A stretch of 64,000 nucleotides of DNA from a virus. The notes beneath the pieces are model-generated. The model had not been told where the DNA came from, did not search any database, and was given only the letters and a program-made list of their open reading frames with translations. A program made the translations under genes and the position numbers. How positions within the stretch are numbered: position 1 is the first letter of the stretch; the number at the start of each line of letters is the position of its first letter. Shown piece after piece: positions 10,184 through 17,953 of this stretch. The DNA is taken from IMG/VR virus record IMGVR_UViG_3300036771_000052, positions 33,862 to 97,861 of that record, one strand, 5' to 3'.

Positions 10184-11397
10184 CGACGCGTCGGCCACTG
10201 TATCTCAACGCTGGCCAGATACAGCAAATCGTTGATGGCGACACGCTGCCGAGCGGGATCACAACAAATTTATCGCCAGCTCTAACCCCCACCGCAACGA
10301 AGACATCCGCGTATACGGCTGTTGCGGGTGATCTAGTGGTGTGCAATACCGCTAGCGGCGGATTCACCGTCACTATGCCGGCGGCTGCGGCCGGGACAGT
10401 GATCGCGGTTCGAAAGGACGATACCAGCGCTAACACGGTCACGATCTCCCCTAATGGTGGTGACGTGTTCGGTGCCGTTAACACGGTTAGTTCTCTGACG
10501 TTGGATGTGGCTCGTCAGGTTGTCACGTTGGTGGGGGTGTCGGGGGGATGGATTCTTTCCGGCGGAATTCCGACCCCGCGGACTTTGCCAGATGTGCAGA
10601 TTTTCACCAGCAGCGGGACCTGGACTAAGCCACCGGGTGCTACAACGACCAATGTCATCATAGTTCCCCCCGGTGGCGGCGGCGGTTCCGGACCTCGGCT
10701 CGCTTCCGGTACCGCCAGTTCGGGCGGCGCGAGCGGCGGCTGCGGCGGATGGACGATAGGAACATTCCGAACCGCCGATCTCGGCGCTACCGAATCAGTC
10801 ACAGTCGGCGCAGCAGGCACCGGTGGTGCCGCTGTCACTGCTGACAGCACCAACGGCAATGCGGGAGGCAGCGGGGGCACCTGCCTGTTTGGCACCCCGA
10901 CCAAGATGCGCGCCAGCGGCGGCTCCGGCGGTGGCGGCGGTGGTACTACAACCTCCGTAGCTGGTGGTGTCACTTCAGGCGCCTTTCTTCTGGGCGGCAA
11001 CGGCGCTACATGCACGGCTGGCGGTGTCGGCGCCAACGGCGTAGCCGTCAACTCTGGCGCGACGAGTGGGGGCGCCGGCGGCGGCATTACTTCTGGCGGT
11101 ACTGCGCAGGCCGGAGGAACGGCCGGGTTCGCGCTCCAGATCGGACAAGCCGGTGGCGCCGGTGGTGGTGCTGGTGGCGGCACTGGTGTCGCTGGGGCTG
11201 GCACCGTGACGAACTGTCCCTGCGGCGGCGCTGGTGGTGGTGGTGGTGGTGCCAACACCGCTGGTGCGGGCGGCGCAGGTGGTGCGGGTGGCATCTACGG
11301 CTCCGGCGGTGGCGGCGGCGGTGCGTCGCTGAATGGAAGCAACTCCGGCGCGGGCGGTAACGGCGCTGCCGGCATCTGCATCGTCTTCAGCAATTAG
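10180..11397 (+). CDS. Glycine-rich tail fibre protein
   Basis: FTSSGTWTKP.G followed by GGGGG repeats ending G.GAAGICIV. Confidence 0.8.
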   Translation: MTTRRPLYLNAGQIQQIVDGDTLPSGITTNLSPALTPTATKTSAYTAVAGDLVVCNTASGGFTVTMPAAAAGTVIAVRKDDTSANTVTISPNGGDVFGAVNTVSSLTLDVARQVVTLVGVSGGWILSGGIPTPRTLPDVQIFTSSGTWTKPPGATTTNVIIVPPGGGGGSGPRLASGTASSGGASGGCGGWTIGTFRTADLGATESVTVGAAGTGGAAVTADSTNGNAGGSGGTCLFGTPTKMRASGGSGGGGGGTTTSVAGGVTSGAFLLGGNGATCTAGGVGANGVAVNSGATSGGAGGGITSGGTAQAGGTAGFALQIGQAGGAGGGAGGGTGVAGAGTVTNCPCGGAGGGGGGANTAGAGGAGGAGGIYGSGGGGGGASLNGSNSGAGGNGAAGICIVFSN

Positions 11398-11408
11398 TGG
11401 GGTAAATC

Positions 11409-11759
11409 GTGGCTGTTTATGTACTTGTATCTACCGATCCAACGAATCTCGTCATTGTTGAGGGACCGATTGTGTGGGACGGCCAAACCCCCTATCAGTT
11501 GCCGCCGAATACTCAGGCGATGTTGGCGTCGACCGCGTTGGCGGCTGGTTACACCTATCCGCCACCGGATGTCGGCACCGCAAACATGCTCGCGTTGCAG
11601 CAGAAGGCGTTGAACGCGTTGACGTCCAACGCAACGTATTTGGGTATTGGCAGTCCTACGACCGCTCAGGCGGTTGCGCAGGTGGCGAGTTTGACTCGGC
11701 AGGTTAATGCGTTGATTCGGTTGCAGGTGGGTGTGTTGGATTCGACGTCTGGGACGTGA
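11409..11759 (+). CDS. Tail fibre accessory/chaperone-like protein
   Basis: WDG.TPY..P; C-terminal N.TYL...SPT.AQ..AQV..LTRQ. Confidence 0.55.
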   Translation: MAVYVLVSTDPTNLVIVEGPIVWDGQTPYQLPPNTQAMLASTALAAGYTYPPPDVGTANMLALQQKALNALTSNATYLGIGSPTTAQAVAQVASLTRQVNALIRLQVGVLDSTSGT

Positions 11760-11789
11760 TCTCCGGCTGAGTTTTTTCGGAGGGAGTCA

Positions 11790-12188
11790 ATGCCGAATCG
11801 ACCTGAGTTGACCTCCAGTCGAATGTGGTATGCCGGGTTGTGGCGCATCGTATTAGGCGCCATCGATTCTCTCTACGGCGGCATCATCCTCTCCGGAGCA
11901 CACGCGAACAGCGCCTACCAGCAAATCCTTGAACGGGTGTGTCCGCTGCAACTTTTCGCGGCGGTCTTGGTGATTGTTGGGTCGCTCCTCATTTCCCGAA
12001 CTTTGAAGTGGGGTGGGGTGATGGGTGCGGCGGTGTGGATGTCTTTCGGGATGGCGTCTTTGGTGACGGTGTTCCAACATACTGCGGAGTCTGATACGGG
12101 TCCGGTGTTGCTGATTGGGTTCGCCATTCTCCATTTGTTGATCACTTATGGCGCTGCTGCTGGTTTGGCGGCGAAGAAAAAAGAGTAA
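11790..12188 (+). CDS. Membrane protein (about 4 TM)
   Basis: Hydrophobic segments, basic C-terminus, RBS GGGAG. Confidence 0.6.
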   Translation: MPNRPELTSSRMWYAGLWRIVLGAIDSLYGGIILSGAHANSAYQQILERVCPLQLFAAVLVIVGSLLISRTLKWGGVMGAAVWMSFGMASLVTVFQHTAESDTGPVLLIGFAILHLLITYGAAAGLAAKKKE

Positions 12189-12197
12189 GGGACGCTG

Positions 12198-12563
12198 GTG
12201 CCACCTGGAATCAATATCCCAACCAGTGGACCGCTCGCATGGATCGTTGTTGTCACGTCGCTCCTTATCGCGTTCGCTCCGCTGATTGTAGCTCATTTCA
12301 AAAAACCTGATGCTCATGTTGTGTTGCCGGTGACGGCGGCGCAACCACAGCTCGACGCGGGTAATGCGTTACTCGCAACCCTGGTGGCTAATTTGGAGAA
12401 GCGGACGTCGGCGGCGGAGGACCGAGCCAACGACTATATTGGGATAAATAATGAGCTGCGGGAACGTTTAGCTCGCGCGGAGTCTGAGATCGCCGCGTTG
12501 AAGAGTGAGATTGCTGTGTTGACCGCTCGTCTTATGGAGCGAGGAAGGCGTCGGGATGAGTGA
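12198..12563 (+). CDS. TM + coiled-coil protein (lysis-region accessory)
   Basis: One N-terminal TM, heptad-rich C-terminus. Confidence 0.6.
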   Translation: MPPGINIPTSGPLAWIVVVTSLLIAFAPLIVAHFKKPDAHVVLPVTAAQPQLDAGNALLATLVANLEKRTSAAEDRANDYIGINNELRERLARAESEIAALKSEIAVLTARLMERGRRRDE

Positions 12564-13086
12564 CGCTAAGGAACCGCTGGAGCTTCACGAGGATTCCCCA
12601 CCTGCTGATGTCGCCGCGAAAATCGGTGAGCTTTACGCCGAGGTTGTTCAGAAGATGGTGGAGGAAGCTCCGGCGGTTGCGAAGTTGGAGGCGAAGATTG
12701 AGGCCACCAGGATTGTTCGGCGTTGGTATTTGATGGCGGTGTTGGCGGCGGCGATCGTGTCTCTCACAGTGTCGGCGATGGCGTTGAATATTATTTTGTC
12801 TACGCGTACTCAGCAGGCGGCGTGGCATGCCGTTTTCGAGGCGCGGCAGCAAAACTTCACCAGCGATAAGCAGAAGTTGGCGATGTTGAATGACACGTTG
12901 AAAGCGGAGGGGAAAGCGCAGGTCCCGGAGCCGCAAACCCCTCTGGATGCCACCGCGGCTGTGTCGTTGGCTACTGTGTTGTTGCGGAATGGTCCGGTGT
13001 GTCCGGACGCCTCGACGGTGCAGAAGGTTACTTATTCGAGTGGGGTCACGGGTTGGGGTTGTGTGAACGTACCCCCGAAGCGTTAG
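12556..13086 (+). CDS. Single-TM membrane protein
   Basis: Central TM, two C-terminal Cys. Confidence 0.55.
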   Translation: MSDAKEPLELHEDSPPADVAAKIGELYAEVVQKMVEEAPAVAKLEAKIEATRIVRRWYLMAVLAAAIVSLTVSAMALNIILSTRTQQAAWHAVFEARQQNFTSDKQKLAMLNDTLKAEGKAQVPEPQTPLDATAAVSLATVLLRNGPVCPDASTVQKVTYSSGVTGWGCVNVPPKR

Positions 13087-13145
13087 AAGCGTTATATAGT
13101 TTTGGTGACGAGAAATTCTCGGTCCCCGATAGGAAGGTTCCACAA

Positions 13146-13331
13146 ATGCGGCTTCTGGTCGCGGCGGTTCTGGCCGTCGGTGCTCTCGGCGTCGGCGCCG
13201 GCAGCGCAACAGCGCATGATTTCCACCGTCATCACCATCATTTGGGGTGGCGGCTTGGTGAGGTTGTGCATCATCCGTTCCACCTGTTCCATCCGGATCA
13301 TCCGGGATTTCATCATGGAGGACATCACTAA
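13146..13331 (+). CDS. Secreted His-rich peptide (61 aa)
   Basis: RBS AGGAAGG; signal peptide ending ATA; mature HDFHRHHHHLGW...HHGGHH; stop overlaps next ATG. Confidence 0.7.
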   Translation: MRLLVAAVLAVGALGVGAGSATAHDFHRHHHHLGWRLGEVVHHPFHLFHPDHPGFHHGGHH

Positions 13332-14233
13332 TGCGTAAGGTTTTGTTCGCCGTCCTCGCCATCGTGGTGAGTTTCGGCTTGTCTACGGGTGCGGCGTTCG
13401 CGTCGACACCAACCCAAGGCGTCGACTGTTCTACTGGTCAGAGCGGCCTGGTGAATTTGGGTACAACAACGTGTACTAACACGTCAACCGCTACTGGTTT
13501 GACTGGTTTGTTGCCGTCGGTAACTAATCTGTTGGGGGTTCGCCATCGGCCACGCTGGCCATATCCTGGGTTGCCAGCAGGTTTCCCGTCGTTGTATGAC
13601 GGGAATCTTCTTCCGCTGTCCGAGCTGGGTTTGACTGGTGTAAACCAGGATCTAGACGTCTGCGCTTACGGCAATTACAACGCGCTCGACCAGTACGGTC
13701 TGAGGACGTATGGCGGTCGTTGGCGTGGTGTCGAGTCACGTTGGTTCGCGGTTCAACGCGCTGAGCGCATGGCGGCGTTGCGCGCCGCGGCTGGCTGTGG
13801 GAGTACCGCGGTGATTCCGTGGCAGCTCCGTGGGAACGAACTGAACCTCGGCTACTACGGCGGTTCCGGTTTCTACAATGTGTGCGAGTCGCCAACGTTC
13901 GACGGTTTCCAAGGTGTGTTGCGTCCACGTCTGCGTGGCGCTTGGCCAGGTTTCGAACGCCACTATTTGGGTGGTTCCCGTGAGGCGTGGCTGAATTCGT
14001 TCCGTCAGCTTCATGAGCAGGCGGGTTGTAGTCCGTCGGTGGTGGTGGTTCCCGGCGCCACCTACGAGCAGCCGCTCATTGAGCAGCCGCAGGTGATCGA
14101 ACAGCCACAGGTTATCCAGCAGTCGGCTCCGTGTGGGTGTGCTCCCGTTAGCGCTCCGCCGGTTGTTCAACCTGAGGGTGTTCCGGGTGCGGGGAATTCT
14201 GGTTTGGCTCCGGATGCGGTGAGGGTTAACTAA
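13331..14233 (+). CDS. Secreted protein, candidate sortase F substrate
   Basis: Sec signal (AFA), two internal Cys-bounded repeats, EQP-VI repeats, C-terminal QPEGVPGAG motif, adjacent to sortase. Confidence 0.7.
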   Translation: MRKVLFAVLAIVVSFGLSTGAAFASTPTQGVDCSTGQSGLVNLGTTTCTNTSTATGLTGLLPSVTNLLGVRHRPRWPYPGLPAGFPSLYDGNLLPLSELGLTGVNQDLDVCAYGNYNALDQYGLRTYGGRWRGVESRWFAVQRAERMAALRAAAGCGSTAVIPWQLRGNELNLGYYGGSGFYNVCESPTFDGFQGVLRPRLRGAWPGFERHYLGGSREAWLNSFRQLHEQAGCSPSVVVVPGATYEQPLIEQPQVIEQPQVIQQSAPCGCAPVSAPPVVQPEGVPGAGNSGLAPDAVRVN

Positions 14234-14809
14234 ATGCTGCGGGTCCTTCTTTCGGGACTCGCCGCGCTGGTCGGGGTGTCGATGACGTGGTGCGACCCCC
14301 CGGCCTCCCTCGCCGATATGAGTGTGTATCCGACGGGGATTCACATCCCCGCTATCGGTGTTGATGGGAATCAACTTATCCCGTTGGGTTTAGCGAAGGA
14401 CCGCACACTTCAAACCCCACCGTTGTCCACACCACAGATTGGTGGCTGGTACACGGGAGCATCAGTCCCGGGTGATCCGGGAACTGCGATAATCATTTCC
14501 CACGTGGACGGGGACGGGAAGAAGGGTTTGTTTTACGATCTTTCCCGGGTTCAGGTGGGGGACGAGATTTCGGTTGACCGGTCTGATGGTCATATGGCTG
14601 TTTTCACGGTCACTAAGGTGGGGTTGTTTTGCAAGGAGAGAGCCGCGTGTCCCCGGGGGAAGAAAGTTTTTCCTTCCGCGGAGTTTTACTCCACGCAGTC
14701 TGAACCGCAACTTCATTTGGAAACTTGTGGTGGCAGGTTTGATGCGAAAGACAAAAACTATTTGGACGCGTTCGTGGTGTTCTCGACATTGACTGCGAGT
14801 TTCGGATGA
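14234..14809 (+). CDS. Class F sortase
   Basis: IPAIGVD, GWY....PG.PG.A.I.SHVD (His), L.LETCGG.FD (Cys), N-terminal hydrophobic anchor. Confidence 0.9.
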   Translation: MLRVLLSGLAALVGVSMTWCDPPASLADMSVYPTGIHIPAIGVDGNQLIPLGLAKDRTLQTPPLSTPQIGGWYTGASVPGDPGTAIIISHVDGDGKKGLFYDLSRVQVGDEISVDRSDGHMAVFTVTKVGLFCKERAACPRGKKVFPSAEFYSTQSEPQLHLETCGGRFDAKDKNYLDAFVVFSTLTASFG

Positions 14810-15807
14810 TCTTCGATGAGTTGTGGCAGGAGATGCTGTCCCGGAGGGACCCTCAACACACCACTGAGTTCCTTGCTTCTCCTGGCTTGTATGGGATTGA
14901 CACTTCGTCGTGGCAGGGGACGGTTCAGTGGTCGGCGGTCGCGGCGTCGGGTCACCAGCTGGTTTATGTGAAGGCTTCTGAGGGTGCGGGTTTGAGTTAC
15001 CCGACGTTGGATGCGCAATATCGGGGAGCTGTGGCTGCGGGGATGAGTGTGGGGTTGTACCACTTCGCCAACCCCGCTTTGACCCCTGAGGCGAACGCTG
15101 ACGCGTTCTCCACGCAAATCAACAGGTTGGGCGCCACGGTCAATCATTTGCCGCCAGCGCTCGACCTAGAGATTGGTTCTGGTGACTTGTCGGGGTGGTG
15201 TCAAGCGTTCATCGCTCGGCTTCGGCAGCAGATCAACTGGCAACCTGTGTGTGTCTATTCCGATGCGTCGTTCTTCAAAAACCAGATCGGCGAAGAATGG
15301 ATGGACGACGATATTGTTTTGTGGATCGCATCATTCAACAACAACCCCGGCCACCCGTCGTACATGTCTCCTCGGGTGGCGATCCATCAGTATTCCCAAT
15401 CCGGGAATGTTCCTGGTGTGGCGGGTGATGTTGACTTGGACTTTGCGATCTGGCCGCTCAACCAGCTTATCGGAGATGACGACTTGACCCCGCAAGAATC
15501 GCAGATGCTCACCGACATCCACCAAATGCTCCCCGTGATCACCTGGCTATACGGCCAATTCGCCGGCCTCGGACCAGACGGCACACCCGCACCATTCCCC
15601 GACGTCCCAGGATGGGAAACCCTCCCCGGGGGAACAAACCAACACTTGTCATTCCTGGACTACGCTCGACAAGCCAACGTACAGCTAGCCGGGTTGACAC
15701 AGTCGGTACAAAACATTATTTCCACCTCTGGTGGGACGGTGGATGCGAAGGGTTTGGCAGATCAGATCGTCGCCGAATTTGTGAACAAAATCCACAACAA
15801 TGTGTAA
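14806..15807 (+). CDS. Endolysin, GH25 muramidase
   Basis: GIDTSSWQG, YVKASEG, GLYHF, ALDLE, HQYS..G.VPGV.GDVDLD. Confidence 0.92.
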   Translation: MIFDELWQEMLSRRDPQHTTEFLASPGLYGIDTSSWQGTVQWSAVAASGHQLVYVKASEGAGLSYPTLDAQYRGAVAAGMSVGLYHFANPALTPEANADAFSTQINRLGATVNHLPPALDLEIGSGDLSGWCQAFIARLRQQINWQPVCVYSDASFFKNQIGEEWMDDDIVLWIASFNNNPGHPSYMSPRVAIHQYSQSGNVPGVAGDVDLDFAIWPLNQLIGDDDLTPQESQMLTDIHQMLPVITWLYGQFAGLGPDGTPAPFPDVPGWETLPGGTNQHLSFLDYARQANVQLAGLTQSVQNIISTSGGTVDAKGLADQIVAEFVNKIHNNV

Positions 15808-16081
15808 CCACATCCCTGAGGGGATGTGGGCCAGGATTTGGACATGGTTCCTCTCCGCCACGTTGGGGACTTTCGTCGCGGTGGAAACCGTCGCGTTAAC
15901 CCTCGAAGGTTCCCCCGCCACCCTCTCCGCCTACATCCGAACAGTGGCGGGATCGGACCCACGCTGCCATCACGTCCACGCCGGACGCCTAGCGCTGCTG
16001 GTGATCTTCGGGTGGGCTACCGCTCATTTGGGTTGGGGTCTGTTCGGGTACGACCCGCATCATCGGAGGAACAGATGCTGA
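15800..16081 (+). CDS. Small membrane protein
   Basis: Two TM segments, TLSAYIR motif. Confidence 0.55.
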   Translation: MCNHIPEGMWARIWTWFLSATLGTFVAVETVALTLEGSPATLSAYIRTVAGSDPRCHHVHAGRLALLVIFGWATAHLGWGLFGYDPHHRRNRC

Positions 16082-16470
16082 AAAAAATTTGGTCCGCTCT
16101 CTCGCGTGCGGTGACCCGTAACCCGGTGGTGATCTCGGGGGGGTTCGCGGCGCTGTTGCAGTTTGTGTCCACCCAGATTGTTCCGTTGACAGTGGACCAG
16201 CAGGGAACGCTCAACGCCGCCGTGGTGGCGTTGTTGGGGTTCATCGCCGCCGCCGCGGTGTCAGAGGAGAAAGCTGTTCCCGCGATCGCCGGACTCGTCC
16301 AAGCCGTCCTGGCTGTGGTCCTGGCGTTTGATGTTCACATGTCTACGCAGTGGCAGACGGCGGTGATGGCGTTTGTTACGACGGGTGTGGCGATGTTTGT
16401 TCATACTCAGGTGACCGCTAGGGGTGGTCCGCCGAGGGGTCGACACGAGGTTAATTGGATGCGTGGGTAA
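16075..16470 (+). CDS. Holin
   Basis: Start moved to ATG 16075 (RBS GGAGGA); 4 hydrophobic segments, follows endolysin. Confidence 0.75.
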   Translation: MLKKIWSALSRAVTRNPVVISGGFAALLQFVSTQIVPLTVDQQGTLNAAVVALLGFIAAAAVSEEKAVPAIAGLVQAVLAVVLAFDVHMSTQWQTAVMAFVTTGVAMFVHTQVTARGGPPRGRHEVNWMRG

Positions 16471-16527
16471 CCATCCTGAATGCCTGGTCGAAACCCCTCG
16501 AATTCGGGACGAAGGGTTTCCCAGGCG

Positions 16528-16574
16528 GGAACCCCCGGCGCCTAGAAGCCTTATGGCTCGACGCCGGGGGTTCC
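16528..16574. terminator. Hairpin between convergent late and leftward transcription units
   Basis: 13-bp inverted repeat ggaacccccggcg / cgccgggggttcc; a second imperfect hairpin at 16483-16525. Confidence 0.7.
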
Positions 16575-16584
16575 ATTAAAATTT

Positions 16585-16833
16585 CTACTTACATTGGGTG
16601 ATGGTGCCGGGGAACCCGAACCATCCGAAGACGATTGCGATGGCGCTCCCGCAGGTTGCGGTCCCCACCCCGGATGAACCGGAACTTCCCGAAGACCCGG
16701 AAGAACCCCCGGAGCTTCCTCCCTTGCCTCCGGCTCCGCCGGGACTGGATGCCGCGGATGCGAGTCCGGGTGTGGCGGTGAGTGCGAGTGTGGCGATGAC
16801 GGTGGCGATTAACGCGCGGGTGCTGCGCTTCAT
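16585..16833 (-). CDS. Secreted Gly/Ser-rich small protein
   Basis: Signal peptide (ASA), RBS GAGGAG, two Cys. Confidence 0.7.
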   Translation of the reverse strand: MKRSTRALIATVIATLALTATPGLASAASSPGGAGGKGGSSGGSSGSSGSSGSSGVGTATCGSAIAIVFGWFGFPGTITQCK

Positions 16834-16928
16834 TGCTTTCCTCCTCAGTGGTGTGGCGTCTCAATGGTATCGGCCTTCGCCACAGCTCCCGGTGTGCCAT
16901 TCGGGTGAGTGAGGGTATTATAACGTGG

Positions 16929-17054
16929 TCACTCGTCCTCTTCTCCCTCGCCTTGATCTTCCGTCTCATCTGTCTCTTGCTTTTTCTTCCACCATGCCAA
17001 CGCGGCCACCGCAGCCAACACCGCAGCAATCGTTGTTTTAATTCGAGCGTTCAC
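16929..17054 (-). CDS. 41-aa single-TM peptide with acidic tail (not in ORF track)
   Basis: VNARIKTTIAAVLAAVAALAWWKKKQETDETEDQGEGEEDE. Confidence 0.55.
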   Translation of the reverse strand: MNARIKTTIAAVLAAVAALAWWKKKQETDETEDQGEGEEDE

Positions 17055-17074
17055 CTTGTGGTTTCCCTTCATGC

Positions 17075-17110
17075 GCGCCTCACCCTTCCGGGGTGGGGCG
17101 CTCTTTTTTT
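17075..17110 (+). terminator. Rho-independent terminator
   Basis: GC stem gcgcctcaccc/gggtggggcgc followed by T7. Confidence 0.8.
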
Positions 17111-17134
17111 GTGCCTAAGAGCGGCCTCAGCGAG

Positions 17135-17297
17135 TGGCCAACATCAACATACCGTGTGGCCAAGATCAGATGGCCACCGGGGGTTGGCCGCTATAACGCG
17201 ACCGTGGCCACCCCACGATGGCCACGGTCATGTGATAGCGGCCAACACTACCTTGACACGATGGCCACCCTATCCCCCACATAAACCTTCATGGCCA
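17135..17297. repeat. TGGCCA cluster with long imperfect palindrome (17183-17246)
   Basis: Seven exact TGGCCA; arms gttggccgctat/atagcggccaac and gaccgtggcca/tggccacggtc. Confidence 0.8.
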
Positions 17298-17472
17298 CCT
17301 GTTCCGGCCGCATCCCACCACCCATCGCATCTGCGATCGCAACCTTGGCCGCCTCCTCAACCTCATCCCATAGCTTGGTCTGTGTCACCAGGTCCAACAC
17401 CGGGACCCGGATCATCCACCAGCCGTCTTCCTCGAACGCCTCGACCTTGAAGTGGATGAACGGCTCGGTCAT
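17248..17472 (-). CDS. HicB-like antitoxin-fold protein (solo)
   Basis: EEDGWWMIRVP.LDLVTQ....DEVEE.AK.AIA pattern; start ATG 17472 with RBS AGGAG. Confidence 0.7.
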   Translation of the reverse strand: MTEPFIHFKVEAFEEDGWWMIRVPVLDLVTQTKLWDEVEEAAKVAIADAMGGGMRPEQVAMKVYVGDRVAIVSR

Positions 17473-17524
17473 ACGTGCTCCTGAAGAGAGGGACCCCCCG
17501 CCACGTATCCTGTGACGGGGGGTC

Positions 17525-17953
17525 ATATTTGGACTCGGCAGCGAGTCGATTTAACATGCGGTGCTGCCATTCCGATGTAACTGCGGAGAATCGCCACCAC
17601 TGTTCACAACAGGTCAGCATGTAATGTCAGCGCGTGTTGCCATTGCACCACGGGACCATGTGGAGGTCCCGCCGGGGGTCGAACCCGGAATCTCGCTTAG
17701 ACATAGCCTGTCGTACTCAGATGCGGCGGATGCAGTTGTCGAGAATCTTAGAGCGTTCCTGAAGAATCTCGGGTTCCTCGCCTGCGTCTCTACCAGTTGG
17801 ACTACCATGGCTTGTGAAGTGTTTCTTTGAGTTCCATCACGAGTGATGGAGTGCCACGGGTAGGTCTCGAACCTACACTGTACAGACTCGGTACTGCTTT
17901 TTCTGGAGGATTTTCATCTTGCGCTCTTGCGCAGTACCGAGTCTAACACAGTC
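17525..17953 (-). ncRNA. Putative structured ncRNA with two permuted tRNA-like (T arm-acceptor-D arm) modules
   Basis: Two GGTTCG T-arms, each followed by a loop-closed 7-bp acceptor stem and then a D-arm; no credible ORF in the interval. Confidence 0.8.

Noticed and set aside
11791-11799. Exact single-spacer matches elsewhere (unit 17 A at 11791; unit 4 A reverse complement at 54582; unit 5 B at 29680)
   Set aside because: A lone 9-mer is expected about 0.5 times per 128 kb of both strands, and the partner spacer does not match adjacent sequence.
17620-17880. Canonical or intron-containing tRNA genes, or tmRNA
   Set aside because: Acceptor strands pair within each T-first module (ccgtggc/gccatgg; cgggacc/ggtcccg), not across a 5' D-arm to 3' T-arm gene; no anticodon loop and no recognisable tag ORF.
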